Origin: Alphaproteobacteria bacterium CG11_big_fil_rev_8_21_14_0_20_44_7 | Lineage (GTDB): Bacteria > Pseudomonadota > Alphaproteobacteria > Rickettsiales > 21-14-0-20-44-7 | DNA length: 32,582 nt | Assembly: GCA_002787615.1 (NCBI GenBank) | Contig: PCXJ01000100.1 | Span: 1-32,582, forward strand | Direction of reading: 5' to 3' | Part shown: in pieces, positions 8,344 to 16,058 of the stretch | Position numbering within the stretch: the stretch's first letter is position 1 | Layout of the letters: the number at the start of each line of letters is the position of its first letter | Program-made: the position numbers and the translations under genes | The notes under the pieces: generated by a model | What the model was told of the DNA's origin: nothing | What the model saw: the letters and a program-made list of their open reading frames with translations, nothing else | Database searches by the model: none

Positions 8344-10026
8344 CTAAGCTCCTCTAATCTCTGCAATGAATTCATCTACCTCTTTAGCAAGGTTCTCAGC
8401 CTGATGGGATAATTCTACGGATGCATCAAAAACTTCATTTGCCGCAGTTGAGGCACTTGAAGATGTTGCGCTAACATCTCTCAAATTATCACTTATAACC
8501 TGAGTTCCTTCTGCTGCTGTTTGCATATTAGAAGAAATCTCCTTAGTAGTTGAGCTTTGCTCTTCTACGGCTGAAGCAATCCCACCTGCATATTCATTTA
8601 CAGACTCAACGGAGCTTTTGATTCCAACCAAAGAAGCAATTACTTCCGAAGAGGCATTCTTCATACTTTCAATTCTCTTTGAAATATCTTCCGTCGCTTT
8701 TACGGTTTGGCTTGCGAGGTTCTTAACTTCATTAGCAACCACGGCAAAGCCTTTGCCGGCCTCTCCTGCCCTTGCAGATTCTATTGTAGCATTAAGGGCG
8801 AGTAAGTTAATCTGCCCGGCAATATCATCAATAAGACCGATAACCTCGCCAATAGTTTCCGTAGATTCTTTGAGGGAATTCACGCTTTGGTCTGCCAAAT
8901 TTGTTTTATCCAACGTATCTCTAGCAGACTGGCTTGATTTCTGCACTTGGTCTGATATCTCCCTAACCGAAGCGCTCAGCTCCTCCGAGGCAGATGCGAC
9001 ACTACTTACATTGCTAGCCGTGTTTTCTGAGGCCATAGTTGCATCTGAAGATTTATCTGCGGCGCTGTTTATCATGGTAACCATATTTTCGGTAGTTGCA
9101 GACATTTCCGTTGCTGCAGCCGCAACGGTTTGTATAATACTTTGAACCTTGCTCTGGAATCTGTCAGCAAGGTCGTTCATAGCTTTTCTCTTGTCAATCT
9201 CAGCCCGCTTTTCAGCTTCTTTTTGCTCTTGTTCTAAGCGAATGCGATCCAAACCATTATTTTTAAATACAATAGCTGCTTTTGCAATATCGCCAATTTC
9301 ATCTTTTCTATTTTCTCCAGATATCTCAACTTCATAATCACCACCTGCCATTTTTTCCATAGTAGCTGTGACTTTTCTAAGCGGTACAAATACTTTTCTC
9401 CAAGCGAATATAGGCAAGAACAAAGCTGCAAGGCATGCTAAAGCAGAGCAAATCAATACAAGCTTCTCAAAAACTTGCGCCGAAGTGCTCGACCTTTCCT
9501 CTTCTTCTTCAGCCCATATTGATATTTTGTCCGAGATGGCTTCATTCTCTGCTTCCATTGCTTCAAACTTATCTTCAAAGCTCTTAAGAGCATATTCGTA
9601 TCCCTTGCCATCACTAACATTTGAGATAACTTTTTTCGCAGAATTATTATAATTCTCCAGTGCCTCCAAAGCAGTGCCGAAAATAGATTTAATATCCTCC
9701 GGCAGCTCCTCGTCCTTATTTACGAGCAAGTTTTCTTTAAATTTACTATAATGCTCATTCAAGTCTTCACCTGCTTGCTTTACCCCAAGTCTGTCAGATT
9801 TTAAGCCAGCGAGAATCGCGCCCAAAACATCGCCACGAATTGCATCATGCATCATGTCGCCTTCCATGTGGCGTTGAATAATAGCTGAGATTGAAAGCAG
9901 TTGCGAAGCGTCTCGTCTAGAATCTAACGATGCCATGTAACTTTCTACAGCTAGTACAACAACTAGCGCAAATGTAATTAGCCCGACTATTGTGAATTTT
10001 GATTGTAATGTACGTAACTTGCTCAT
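8344..10026 (-). CDS. Methyl-accepting chemotaxis protein (two TM segments, helical periplasmic sensor, HAMP, MA signalling domain)
   Basis: 560 aa. TM1 is [17 protein letters not shown] and the periplasmic region is helical ([20 protein letters not shown]). TM2 is [21 protein letters not shown], followed by HAMP. The conserved hairpin tip reads [40 protein letters not shown]. Confidence 0.92.
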   Translation of the reverse strand: MSKLRTLQSKFTIVGLITFALVVVLAVESYMASLDSRRDASQLLSISAIIQRHMEGDMMHDAIRGDVLGAILAGLKSDRLGVKQAGEDLNEHYSKFKENLLVNKDEELPEDIKSIFGTALEALENYNNSAKKVISNVSDGKGYEYALKSFEDKFEAMEAENEAISDKISIWAEEEEERSSTSAQVFEKLVLICSALACLAALFLPIFAWRKVFVPLRKVTATMEKMAGGDYEVEISGENRKDEIGDIAKAAIVFKNNGLDRIRLEQEQKEAEKRAEIDKRKAMNDLADRFQSKVQSIIQTVAAAATEMSATTENMVTMINSAADKSSDATMASENTASNVSSVASASEELSASVREISDQVQKSSQSARDTLDKTNLADQSVNSLKESTETIGEVIGLIDDIAGQINLLALNATIESARAGEAGKGFAVVANEVKNLASQTVKATEDISKRIESMKNASSEVIASLVGIKSSVESVNEYAGGIASAVEEQSSTTKEISSNMQTAAEGTQVISDNLRDVSATSSSASTAANEVFDASVELSHQAENLAKEVDEFIAEIRGA

Positions 10027-11151
10027 TTATAACTCCCTTGTGTATCTTAGCAAAAATCCTGCAGTATCTGTGTCAACATTCGCCTCTTCAGCGATTTTAT
10101 ATCCAACTTCGGCAGAGAAACCATTGCCAAAATCATAACCGCCCGAAATTTGGCTTAGATTATCTGTGAAATCCCCCGCCACTCCGGTTGCATCAATATC
10201 TCTAACTGTATGGCTAAGCGCTGCGTTCCAGTTCTCATAGAAGAATTGCGCACCGGCAGTATAATATGAATAATCATCATTCCTAACACCAGCAAAATTG
10301 TTTATAAGGGCAATTTCACCAAGTAAATCGACTTCCACCTCATCAGTTATCGGCGTTAAGTACGATAATCCTAATACATAGCCATTTTCGTCATCTGTTG
10401 TTGCGCCCTGCCCGCTATCCTGCTCTGCCAAACTTCTGTAACCAACATGATAGGCTAAATTCTCTATACCAAAAGCGTTCTCGACATCCAAACCGAATGA
10501 GAATGATTCCATTCCATCAGTATTGCTCGCTCCGCCATCAGATAACCTCGCCCTGTCACGCTTACTAATCTCGGAAGATGACAGGATGCTTTTATCAGCC
10601 TTAAAAACAGCCAGAGATGTTGTGTATGAGCCGTTTTCTTTGGTTTCAAATGTATAAGAACCGCCAAAGCCGAGTTTTTCGGTAATTTCATAATCTTCGG
10701 CAAAATCAGCACCCCAGATACCATGCCCCTTATCCCAAGCCGTACCAAAAACAGGATTAAATTTCCCTATCATAAAATGATAGTTGCCCTGCTCGAAATT
10801 GAATTTCAATTCTTCAAAAAATATACCTTCGCGGTCAAACCAAATATCATCATTAGCATTCAAAGTTGCGGCTTGGTCTAACGGCTCCATGATTAATACA
10901 GCATCAAAATACATATATTCATTAATTCCTATTACCGGAACAAATTCGGCATTTAAAAATGAATTATTTGTATCATCTATTGTTGCATCGTCAGAATCGG
11001 CACGATATTCATTTTGCCATTCCAGAACCATCCCCGCCTCAAAATAGGGCTGAAAGAATTCACTATCTGCCTGCACCTCATTTGAAGCTATTACCATAGT
11101 TATGGCACTAAGAGAAACAGCACTTAAGAGCTTAAAGCCTTTATATTTCAT
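10027..11151 (-). CDS. Predicted outer-membrane beta-barrel (porin-like) protein
   Basis: The ORF is open from 11190. The likely start is M14 at 11151, giving signal peptide MKYKGFKLLSAVSLSAITMVIASNEVQA. The body has alternating hydrophobic/aromatic strands and Gly/Asp/Asn-rich loops, ending in a beta-strand ...AGFLLRYTREL. Its stop TAA (10027-10029) abuts the mcp ATG (10024-10026). Confidence 0.55.
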   Translation of the reverse strand: MKYKGFKLLSAVSLSAITMVIASNEVQADSEFFQPYFEAGMVLEWQNEYRADSDDATIDDTNNSFLNAEFVPVIGINEYMYFDAVLIMEPLDQAATLNANDDIWFDREGIFFEELKFNFEQGNYHFMIGKFNPVFGTAWDKGHGIWGADFAEDYEITEKLGFGGSYTFETKENGSYTTSLAVFKADKSILSSSEISKRDRARLSDGGASNTDGMESFSFGLDVENAFGIENLAYHVGYRSLAEQDSGQGATTDDENGYVLGLSYLTPITDEVEVDLLGEIALINNFAGVRNDDYSYYTAGAQFFYENWNAALSHTVRDIDATGVAGDFTDNLSQISGGYDFGNGFSAEVGYKIAEEANVDTDTAGFLLRYTREL

Positions 11152-11272
11152 TATTGTAAATCCGATGGGTTGCTTCGTCTGATGTAACATTATCTACAAC
11201 CTATTGGTTAAAGCTTTATTAAGCTGACAATAAAACTTGCTCTTTTTTCTTGCATTTGTGGTGTTTTTTATG

Positions 11273-11291
11273 CTAAATGATAATCATTATC
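11273..11291. promoter_or_regulatory. Fur box (near-consensus)
   Basis: CTAAATGATAATCATTATC matches the classical GATAATGATAATCATTATC at 16/19 positions. It includes a perfect GATAAT-C-ATTATC inverted repeat at 11279-11291. It lies in the divergent region between the OMP-mcp operon and the small secreted ORF, 15 nt upstream of the latter's ATG. Confidence 0.7.
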
Positions 11292-11305
11292 AAAAAAGGA
11301 TTCTC

Positions 11306-11557
11306 ATGAAAGCTAAAATAATATTTACCGCAATAGCTCTAATTTTTACTTTTGCCAATATTGCCAGTGCCGGAGAAGCAAATTCTGCTCAGGTCAATAT
11401 CAAAGCTACTACAAAAGCTTATCTGAGCGCCACGCCAAAAAAAGATAATATTCAGGATGCTGAGCCGGCTTCTGGTATCGACAATGATGACATAGCTGAT
11501 AAGAGAGAGAATAAGCTATTTAATCGCAGAACCAGATCGATTCATTCCGTAGAGTAG
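11306..11557 (+). CDS. Small secreted hypothetical protein (83 aa precursor)
   Basis: ATG 11306 is preceded by AAGGA 5 nt upstream. The signal peptide is MKAKIIFTAIALIFTFANIASA|GE and the mature part is hydrophilic with no recognisable domain. The longer track ORF from 11237 is probably an upstream extension. Confidence 0.5.
   Translation: MKAKIIFTAIALIFTFANIASAGEANSAQVNIKATTKAYLSATPKKDNIQDAEPASGIDNDDIADKRENKLFNRRTRSIHSVE
11537..11552 (+). repeat. Degenerate copy of tRNA-Glu 3' segment (candidate distal att remnant)
   Basis: TCGATTC-att-CCGTAG matches tRNA-Glu TCGATTC-CCGTAG (7956-7968). That is 13 matching nt interrupted by a 3-nt insertion, in the same orientation. Confidence 0.35.
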
Positions 11558-11612
11558 ATTCCCCGCTTTTATTTTTAGCTATCTAAGGATGAAAATGCAG
11601 CATGCAGCTAAT

Positions 11613-11705
11613 AGCCGCGCTGTTGCGCTTTGGCTGATTTTAGAAATGGTCGGAGCGAGTGAACGCATTTCGAACCATTCCTGAATTGAGATTGGTTGTT
11701 TTTCA
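11613..11705 (+). repeat. Direct repeat copy A (~93 nt) containing a pseudo-tRNA-Pro 3' end
   Basis: AGCCGCGCTGTTGCGCTTTGGCTGATTTTAGAAATGGTCGGAGCGAGTGAACGCATTTCGAACCATTCC... It has about 14 mismatches over 93 nt against copy B, and only 2 in the first 53 nt. It contains ATGGTCGGAGCG, identical to the complement of the tRNA-Pro acceptor 3' end plus CCA, and a TTCGAACC T-loop-like motif. Confidence 0.8.
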
Positions 11706-11803
11706 GATAGGTAGAAGCACCCATACACTCTGACTTAATAGTATCTGTAAATAAATTTCTATAAAGAACGTAATAGTTTGGCTAAATGACAACTTTTCCT
11801 GTC

Positions 11804-12586
11804 TTATTCTAGTTTCAGTTTGACTATCAGCTTTTCAGCATTAATGTTAATATCGTCTTCTCCAATCTGATCAAAAGGGTTTTCTAGGTGGTTCTGAATA
11901 TTATCCAGACTAACCAAAATAACAGAGAAAAGAACGGGCATGGCGTACTCCAATCCAGGGCTGTAGTCCTGAGAAATATATGCAAAATATGGCCCATATA
12001 ATGGGGGTAAAACTGTAATAAAAAAGTCGCTGAATGCACTTAATGTCCGCGGTGTGCGATATTGGTAAATATGCTTTATGTTTTCAAAGGCAGAAATCAT
12101 CTTGCTCAGATATTGATTCAGTCTAGAGCATTCTCCAGATGCAAGACCTTTTTTACGTAAATCTTCTTTGATAAATTTAGAAATCTTCGAAAAATTGCGG
12201 TAAACCTCATCTTCATTCTCCGGCATGTTTTTTATCGGGTCAGAAAACATTTTTCTACAGGAACTCATAAGATCGAAAAAATGTGTTTTAGCTTTATCTA
12301 AAGTATCTTGTTCTGGATTTTCCAGCCAATCTCGGCTGGCAAGATAAATAGCTCTACTGTGAGCTTTAATAATTCCATAATCGTCTAGTGCTGCTTCTCT
12401 TCTTTTATATGCTCCGCTAATCGAAAAAACTATTGGAAAGACAACTGCTGTAGCAAGAAGAGTTAAAGGAAAATCAGCTTTTATATCGTAATTTAAGCAT
12501 ATAAATGTTGATGCTACCGCCATTGCTGTGACAATTGCGGTTTTTATGTTAATGATCAGGAATATTCTTGATAATCTTTTAAGCAT
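11804..12586 (-). CDS. Bestrophin/UPF0187 (YneE-like) family membrane channel protein
   Basis: 260 aa. Its pattern resembles E. coli YneE: LLATAVVFPIVFSISGAYKRREAALDDYGIIKAHSRAIY vs FSILGVAIAIFLGFRNNAGYARYVEARKLWGQL, and VSLDNIQNHLENPFDQIGEDDININ vs ISLDCLAEELEDPFGTENNDLPLD. Confidence 0.65.
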   Translation of the reverse strand: MLKRLSRIFLIINIKTAIVTAMAVASTFICLNYDIKADFPLTLLATAVVFPIVFSISGAYKRREAALDDYGIIKAHSRAIYLASRDWLENPEQDTLDKAKTHFFDLMSSCRKMFSDPIKNMPENEDEVYRNFSKISKFIKEDLRKKGLASGECSRLNQYLSKMISAFENIKHIYQYRTPRTLSAFSDFFITVLPPLYGPYFAYISQDYSPGLEYAMPVLFSVILVSLDNIQNHLENPFDQIGEDDININAEKLIVKLKLE

Positions 12587-12770
12587 ATTTTCTTCAGTTT
12601 ATTATATTGTTATAATTTAGCTATTTATTTCTTCAATTCAATAAAAATGCTGAGAGAAATATTTATTGCTAACCTAATAAGCTAATTTTTTAGAGTATTT
12701 AGCTTTTTTTCGTATTATACATTCTTTGGCAGAAGAAATAGTTAATTCAATATGTTAGGTCTTCAAAAAC

Positions 12771-12782
12771 ATGGTCGGAGCG
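12771..12782 (+). repeat. Third isolated copy (C) of the tRNA-Pro 3'-end core ATGGTCGGAGCG
   Basis: Exact 12-mer shared with copies A (11646-11657) and B (13037-13048) and with the genuine tRNA-Pro (13638-13649). It is followed by a weak T-arm-like GGATGTGCTCGGG. Confidence 0.6.
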
Positions 12783-12876
12783 ATAGGATGTGCTCGGGCT
12801 AGAGCCTCGTTGCAAACGCTAAGCTTCACTAATCTTTTGCCCCCCCTTCGGCGGTTCACCTGCCATCCAATCCATT

Positions 12877-12905
12877 AAAAAAACCGCTTAAAAGCGGTTC
12901 TTTTC
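12877..12905. terminator. Bidirectional terminator-like hairpin in non-coding GC-richer module
   Basis: AAAAA-AACCGCT-TAAA-AGCGGTT-CTTTTC. The stem is a perfect 7 bp, flanked by an A-run and a T-run. Confidence 0.5.
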
Positions 12906-13013
12906 AACAACCTTCGCCGCAGGATTGAGTCGCTTACGCTCCCCGCATCTCGGGCTGTTGCCCTCGGTGTCGAACTTCGTTCTCATCCCAAATTCAAATC
13001 ATTTCCAAAATTC

Positions 13014-13106
13014 AGCCGCGCTGTTGCGCTTTGGCTGATTTTAAAAATGGTCGGAGCGAGTGGACGTTATTAGAACCATTCCAGAGTTAAGATTACTTAT
13101 TTTCCA
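13014..13106 (+). repeat. Direct repeat copy B (~93 nt) containing a pseudo-tRNA-Pro 3' end
   Basis: Same unit as copy A, 1401 nt to its right: AGCCGCGCTGTTGCGCTTTGGCTGATTTTAAAAATGGTCGGAGCGAGTGGACGTTATTAGAACCATTCC... Confidence 0.8.
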
Positions 13107-13241
13107 ATTATCTAAAAAATTCCTGAATGTCGTAAAAAGCTAATCTCTCATCATATATTACGCGCTGTATCGTTACCCCCACGGTTAATTCTAGAGGATG
13201 TAGCAATTTGTTCTTTTTGTTTCAATTTTGACATGGCATGG

Positions 13242-13565
13242 TTACTTTGCTGTCGATAAATTAAGGCCTACACAGCCGATAATGATAACCCCCATCCATA
13301 AAAGTTGGGCTGTAGTCAGATGTTCTTTAAAAATTAGCCATCCCATAATAGTAAGCAATGTTATGCCAAGTCCGGACCATAAGGTATACGCAATAGCAAT
13401 CGGTATGGTTTTCAATACATAGCTATAGCCGAAATTGACAATTGTCAGGATAACAAGCCCAGCGAATAAATAGTATTTCTGCTCTAACCCTCCTGATATC
13501 TTTAGGAAAGCATTAGCAATAACTGTTAGGGCAATAATACTATATAAGATGAACCAACCTGTCAT
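13242..13565 (-). CDS. Small multidrug resistance (SMR/EmrE-like) family membrane protein, atypical
   Basis: 107 aa from M at 13565 (alternative start 13595). Four TM segments and the SMR signature PIAIAYTLWSGLGITLLTIMGW (EmrE has PTGIAYAIWSGVGIVLISLLSW). The track ORF extends to 13724 only by reading through the tRNA-Pro gene. Confidence 0.7.
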   Translation of the reverse strand: MTGWFILYSIIALTVIANAFLKISGGLEQKYYLFAGLVILTIVNFGYSYVLKTIPIAIAYTLWSGLGITLLTIMGWLIFKEHLTTAQLLWMGVIIIGCVGLNLSTAK

Positions 13566-13638
13566 ATTTTCATTATCAATATTTGTTTCAGTCATAATGG
13601 TTAATGCTATATAAATCAACAGCATACGTGTTCGAATA

Positions 13639-13715
<77 letters not shown>

Positions 13716-13774
13716 AGCTATCAATAGGTCGCGGAACTTATATCATAATCACAGAGATTTCAACAGGAATTTCA

Positions 13775-14356
13775 TCACTCTTTTGGGGCAAATGGGTTAA
13801 ACACATCACTTGCCTTACTTTGCCGCTCAATCATCTTCTGAATCTTTGTGTCGCAAACCAATGAATTAGGCTTATATTTCCCCACTTTCATACCTGTATT
13901 ATTTGTTATTACGCCGGTACTTAGGTTGATACGGAAAAGAATTCGCCCCTTATTATCCATAATATTCCCCTTCTTATCAATCCGCCCGCCTGTTGGCCCG
14001 TCACCAAAAGCTTTTGGTATCACTTCCACCTTTTGCTCGCGCTTTTTGGTACGCTTTTTCATGCGTTTCTGCTTGATAAGTTCCATCGCTGCTTTTTGCC
14101 CTTTGGTCATCTCACGCTTTTCGGGCGCTTGCGTACCGGGCATATGGAAATTATATTTGCGCGGATCTTCACTCATCAGCTTTTCATCAAGCAAATCTTC
14201 CAGCATCTCGCTATAATCCTTCACCGAATGGCTGGATTTATCCTGAATCATTTCCTTACGAGTAGCACCTCGGCGGGAAAACACATTTGTACCGCTCTTT
14301 TTGCCTGAACGGCTGCCGCCTTTTTTACCGCCACCACCGAAAAATCCTCTGGACAT
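13775..14356 (-). CDS. Hypothetical basic Gly/Lys-rich protein (193 aa)
   Basis: ATG 14356 is preceded by GAGGAG 6 nt upstream and by a TATAAT hexamer. The N-terminus is MSRGFFGGGGKKGGSRSGKK, with Lys/Arg-rich stretches (KQKRMKKRTKKREQK). I recognise no domain. Confidence 0.55.
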   Translation of the reverse strand: MSRGFFGGGGKKGGSRSGKKSGTNVFSRRGATRKEMIQDKSSHSVKDYSEMLEDLLDEKLMSEDPRKYNFHMPGTQAPEKREMTKGQKAAMELIKQKRMKKRTKKREQKVEVIPKAFGDGPTGGRIDKKGNIMDNKGRILFRINLSTGVITNNTGMKVGKYKPNSLVCDTKIQKMIERQSKASDVFNPFAPKE

Positions 14357-14385
14357 AAACTACTCCTCGGTCAATTATAGCATAG

Positions 14386-15219
14386 ATGGGTAAAGAATTA
14401 AATAACGTGGTTTTGGTTACGGGAACTTCAGGCGCGGGAAAATCAATTGCCCTCAAAGCGCTGGAGGATTTGGGCTATAATGCGATTGACAACATCCCGC
14501 TTAGCATTTTGCCCACGCTGATTGAGGCTTTTCCGGAAAATGGAATGCTGGCAATTGGTGTGGACGCGCGGAATAAGGAGTTTTCGGCAGAAAAATTTGT
14601 TGAAAAAACCAAGGATTTCAAATTCCGGCTCTTATTCCTCGATGCTGATGCTGATGTGCTTTATCGCCGTTTTAGTGAAACCCGCCGCCGCCATCCGCTT
14701 GCGCTAGACCGCCCGATTTCAGACGGAATTCGCCATGAAAAACAATTGGTTGAAAAGCTGCGGGATAATGCCGATTATGTTGTTGATACCTCAAATTTTT
14801 CGCAAAGCGATTTGCGCAATTGGGTGCGCGGGCATTTTTCCTCGGAAACCGATAATTTACTGGTTACGATAACTTCATTCTCATATAAAAAAGGCATCCC
14901 GCGTGAGGCTGACCTTGTGTTTGACGCACGTTTTCTGAAAAACCCGTTTTATAACGAGGCGCTCAAGGAGAAAAACGGGAAGGATAAGGAAGTTGGGGAA
15001 TATATCAAAACCGATGATAATTATAAGCCGTTTTTGAAGAATTTGCTGAATCTCGTCTTGCCGCTTTTGCCGGCTTATCGCGAGGAAGGGAAATCATATC
15101 TCACTATCGCAATTGGCTGCACAGGTGGGCAGCATCGCAGCGTTTTCGTTGCCGAGAAACTGGCCAAATCCTTGATAGACAAGGGCTACAAACCTACCAT
15201 CCGTCACCGCGATTTGTGA
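14386..15219 (+). CDS. rapZ: RNase adapter protein RapZ (YhbJ, UPF0042 P-loop NTPase)
   Basis: 277 aa. Walker A is VLVTGTSGAGKS, and the conserved C-terminal motif is IAIGCTGGQHRSV. Family length is typical. Confidence 0.9.
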   Translation: MGKELNNVVLVTGTSGAGKSIALKALEDLGYNAIDNIPLSILPTLIEAFPENGMLAIGVDARNKEFSAEKFVEKTKDFKFRLLFLDADADVLYRRFSETRRRHPLALDRPISDGIRHEKQLVEKLRDNADYVVDTSNFSQSDLRNWVRGHFSSETDNLLVTITSFSYKKGIPREADLVFDARFLKNPFYNEALKEKNGKDKEVGEYIKTDDNYKPFLKNLLNLVLPLLPAYREEGKSYLTIAIGCTGGQHRSVFVAEKLAKSLIDKGYKPTIRHRDL

Positions 15220-15230
15220 GCTTCTTAGCG

Positions 15231-16049
15231 CTATATGCTATCAAGCGCGATATCAACAGAATTTGCCGACTGGGTAATTTTGCTGGTTGAGATATAATCC
15301 ACTCCGGTTTCGGCGATTTTACGCACTCGTTGCAGCGTGACCCCGCCCGACGCTTCCAATTTCACCGCGCCATTGACCAGCTTCACTGCCGCGCGCATTT
15401 CCTGCAAATTCATATTATCCAGCATTATTATATCGGGATTTGCGCGCAAAGCTTCTTCAACCTGCGCTAATGTATCACATTCAATCTCAACCCTAACATT
15501 CTGTTTTTTCGCTATTTCTATCGCAGTTGCAATTCCACCTGCTGCGGCGATATGATTATCCTTAATCATCACCATATCATATAGCCCCATGCGATGATTC
15601 TCTCCGCCACCAACCCTCACCGCATATTTCTCCAGCGCTCGCAAACCGGGGGTAGTCTTACGTGTATCGAGGATTTTTGTATTCGTCCCTGCCAATTCTG
15701 CCACATATTTTGCTGTAATTGTTGCAATCCCTGAAAGATGCTGAAGGAAGTTGAGAGCCACTCTTTCATGCGTCAGTATGTAGCGCGTATTTCCTTTGAT
15801 TTTCAATATTTTAGCGCCAGCTTTTAATGCATCACATTCGCTAGCTATCAATTCAACATCACAGGTTTTGAAGATTTCTTGCATGATTGGCAAGCCGCAA
15901 AGCCGCAAATCTTCACGTGCGACAAATACGAATTCGCCCAGCGTGTCAGAAGGAATAATCGCATTTGTGGTAATGTCACCTGAGCCGATATCTTCTGCCA
16001 AAGCGTTTTTTAGCGCCGCGCTAAAGTCAGGAATTTGAAAATCCGTCAT
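15231..16049 (-). CDS. nadC: Nicotinate-nucleotide (quinolinate) pyrophosphorylase
   Basis: 272 aa. Motifs are EDIGSGDITT, ILDTRKTTPGLRALEKYAVRVGGGENHRMGLYD, MLDNM and ASGG. It starts 9 nt after the recA stop. Confidence 0.9.
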   Translation of the reverse strand: MTDFQIPDFSAALKNALAEDIGSGDITTNAIIPSDTLGEFVFVAREDLRLCGLPIMQEIFKTCDVELIASECDALKAGAKILKIKGNTRYILTHERVALNFLQHLSGIATITAKYVAELAGTNTKILDTRKTTPGLRALEKYAVRVGGGENHRMGLYDMVMIKDNHIAAAGGIATAIEIAKKQNVRVEIECDTLAQVEEALRANPDIIMLDNMNLQEMRAAVKLVNGAVKLEASGGVTLQRVRKIAETGVDYISTSKITQSANSVDIALDSI

Positions 16050-16058
16050 GTGAAAAGC

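Larger units (their letters stand above)
7978..11557. mobile_element. Decayed tRNA-Glu-associated genomic island (integrase remnant to degenerate att-like repeat)
   Basis: The integrase fragment lies next to the tRNA. A degenerate copy of the tRNA-Glu 3' segment lies at 11537-11552 in the same orientation. Boundaries are inferred, not proven. Confidence 0.4.
11613..13638. mobile_element. Array of integrase-less mini-island remnants stacked at the 3' end of tRNA-Pro
   Basis: Three pseudo copies of the tRNA-Pro 3' end (A, C, B) plus the genuine gene delimit three modules. These are the bestrophin-like gene, a gene-less GC-richer module, and the SMR-like gene. The interpretation is inferred. 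Confidence 0.4.

Noticed and set aside
8618-9145. 175-aa plus-strand ORF inside the mcp gene
   Set aside because: This is an antisense artefact typical of Ala/Ser/Glu-rich MCP signalling domains. The minus-strand frame carries the conserved MCP hairpin motif.
12772-13010. Possible tmRNA (ssrA) or other tRNA-like RNA gene, because of the ...CGCTCCGACCA end
   Set aside because: There is no proper T-arm (GGCTCTAGCCCGAGCACATCC does not fold as one). There is no 5' acceptor partner and no plausible tag reading frame ending in AA-stop. The end equals the tRNA-Pro acceptor, which fits an att-type duplication better.
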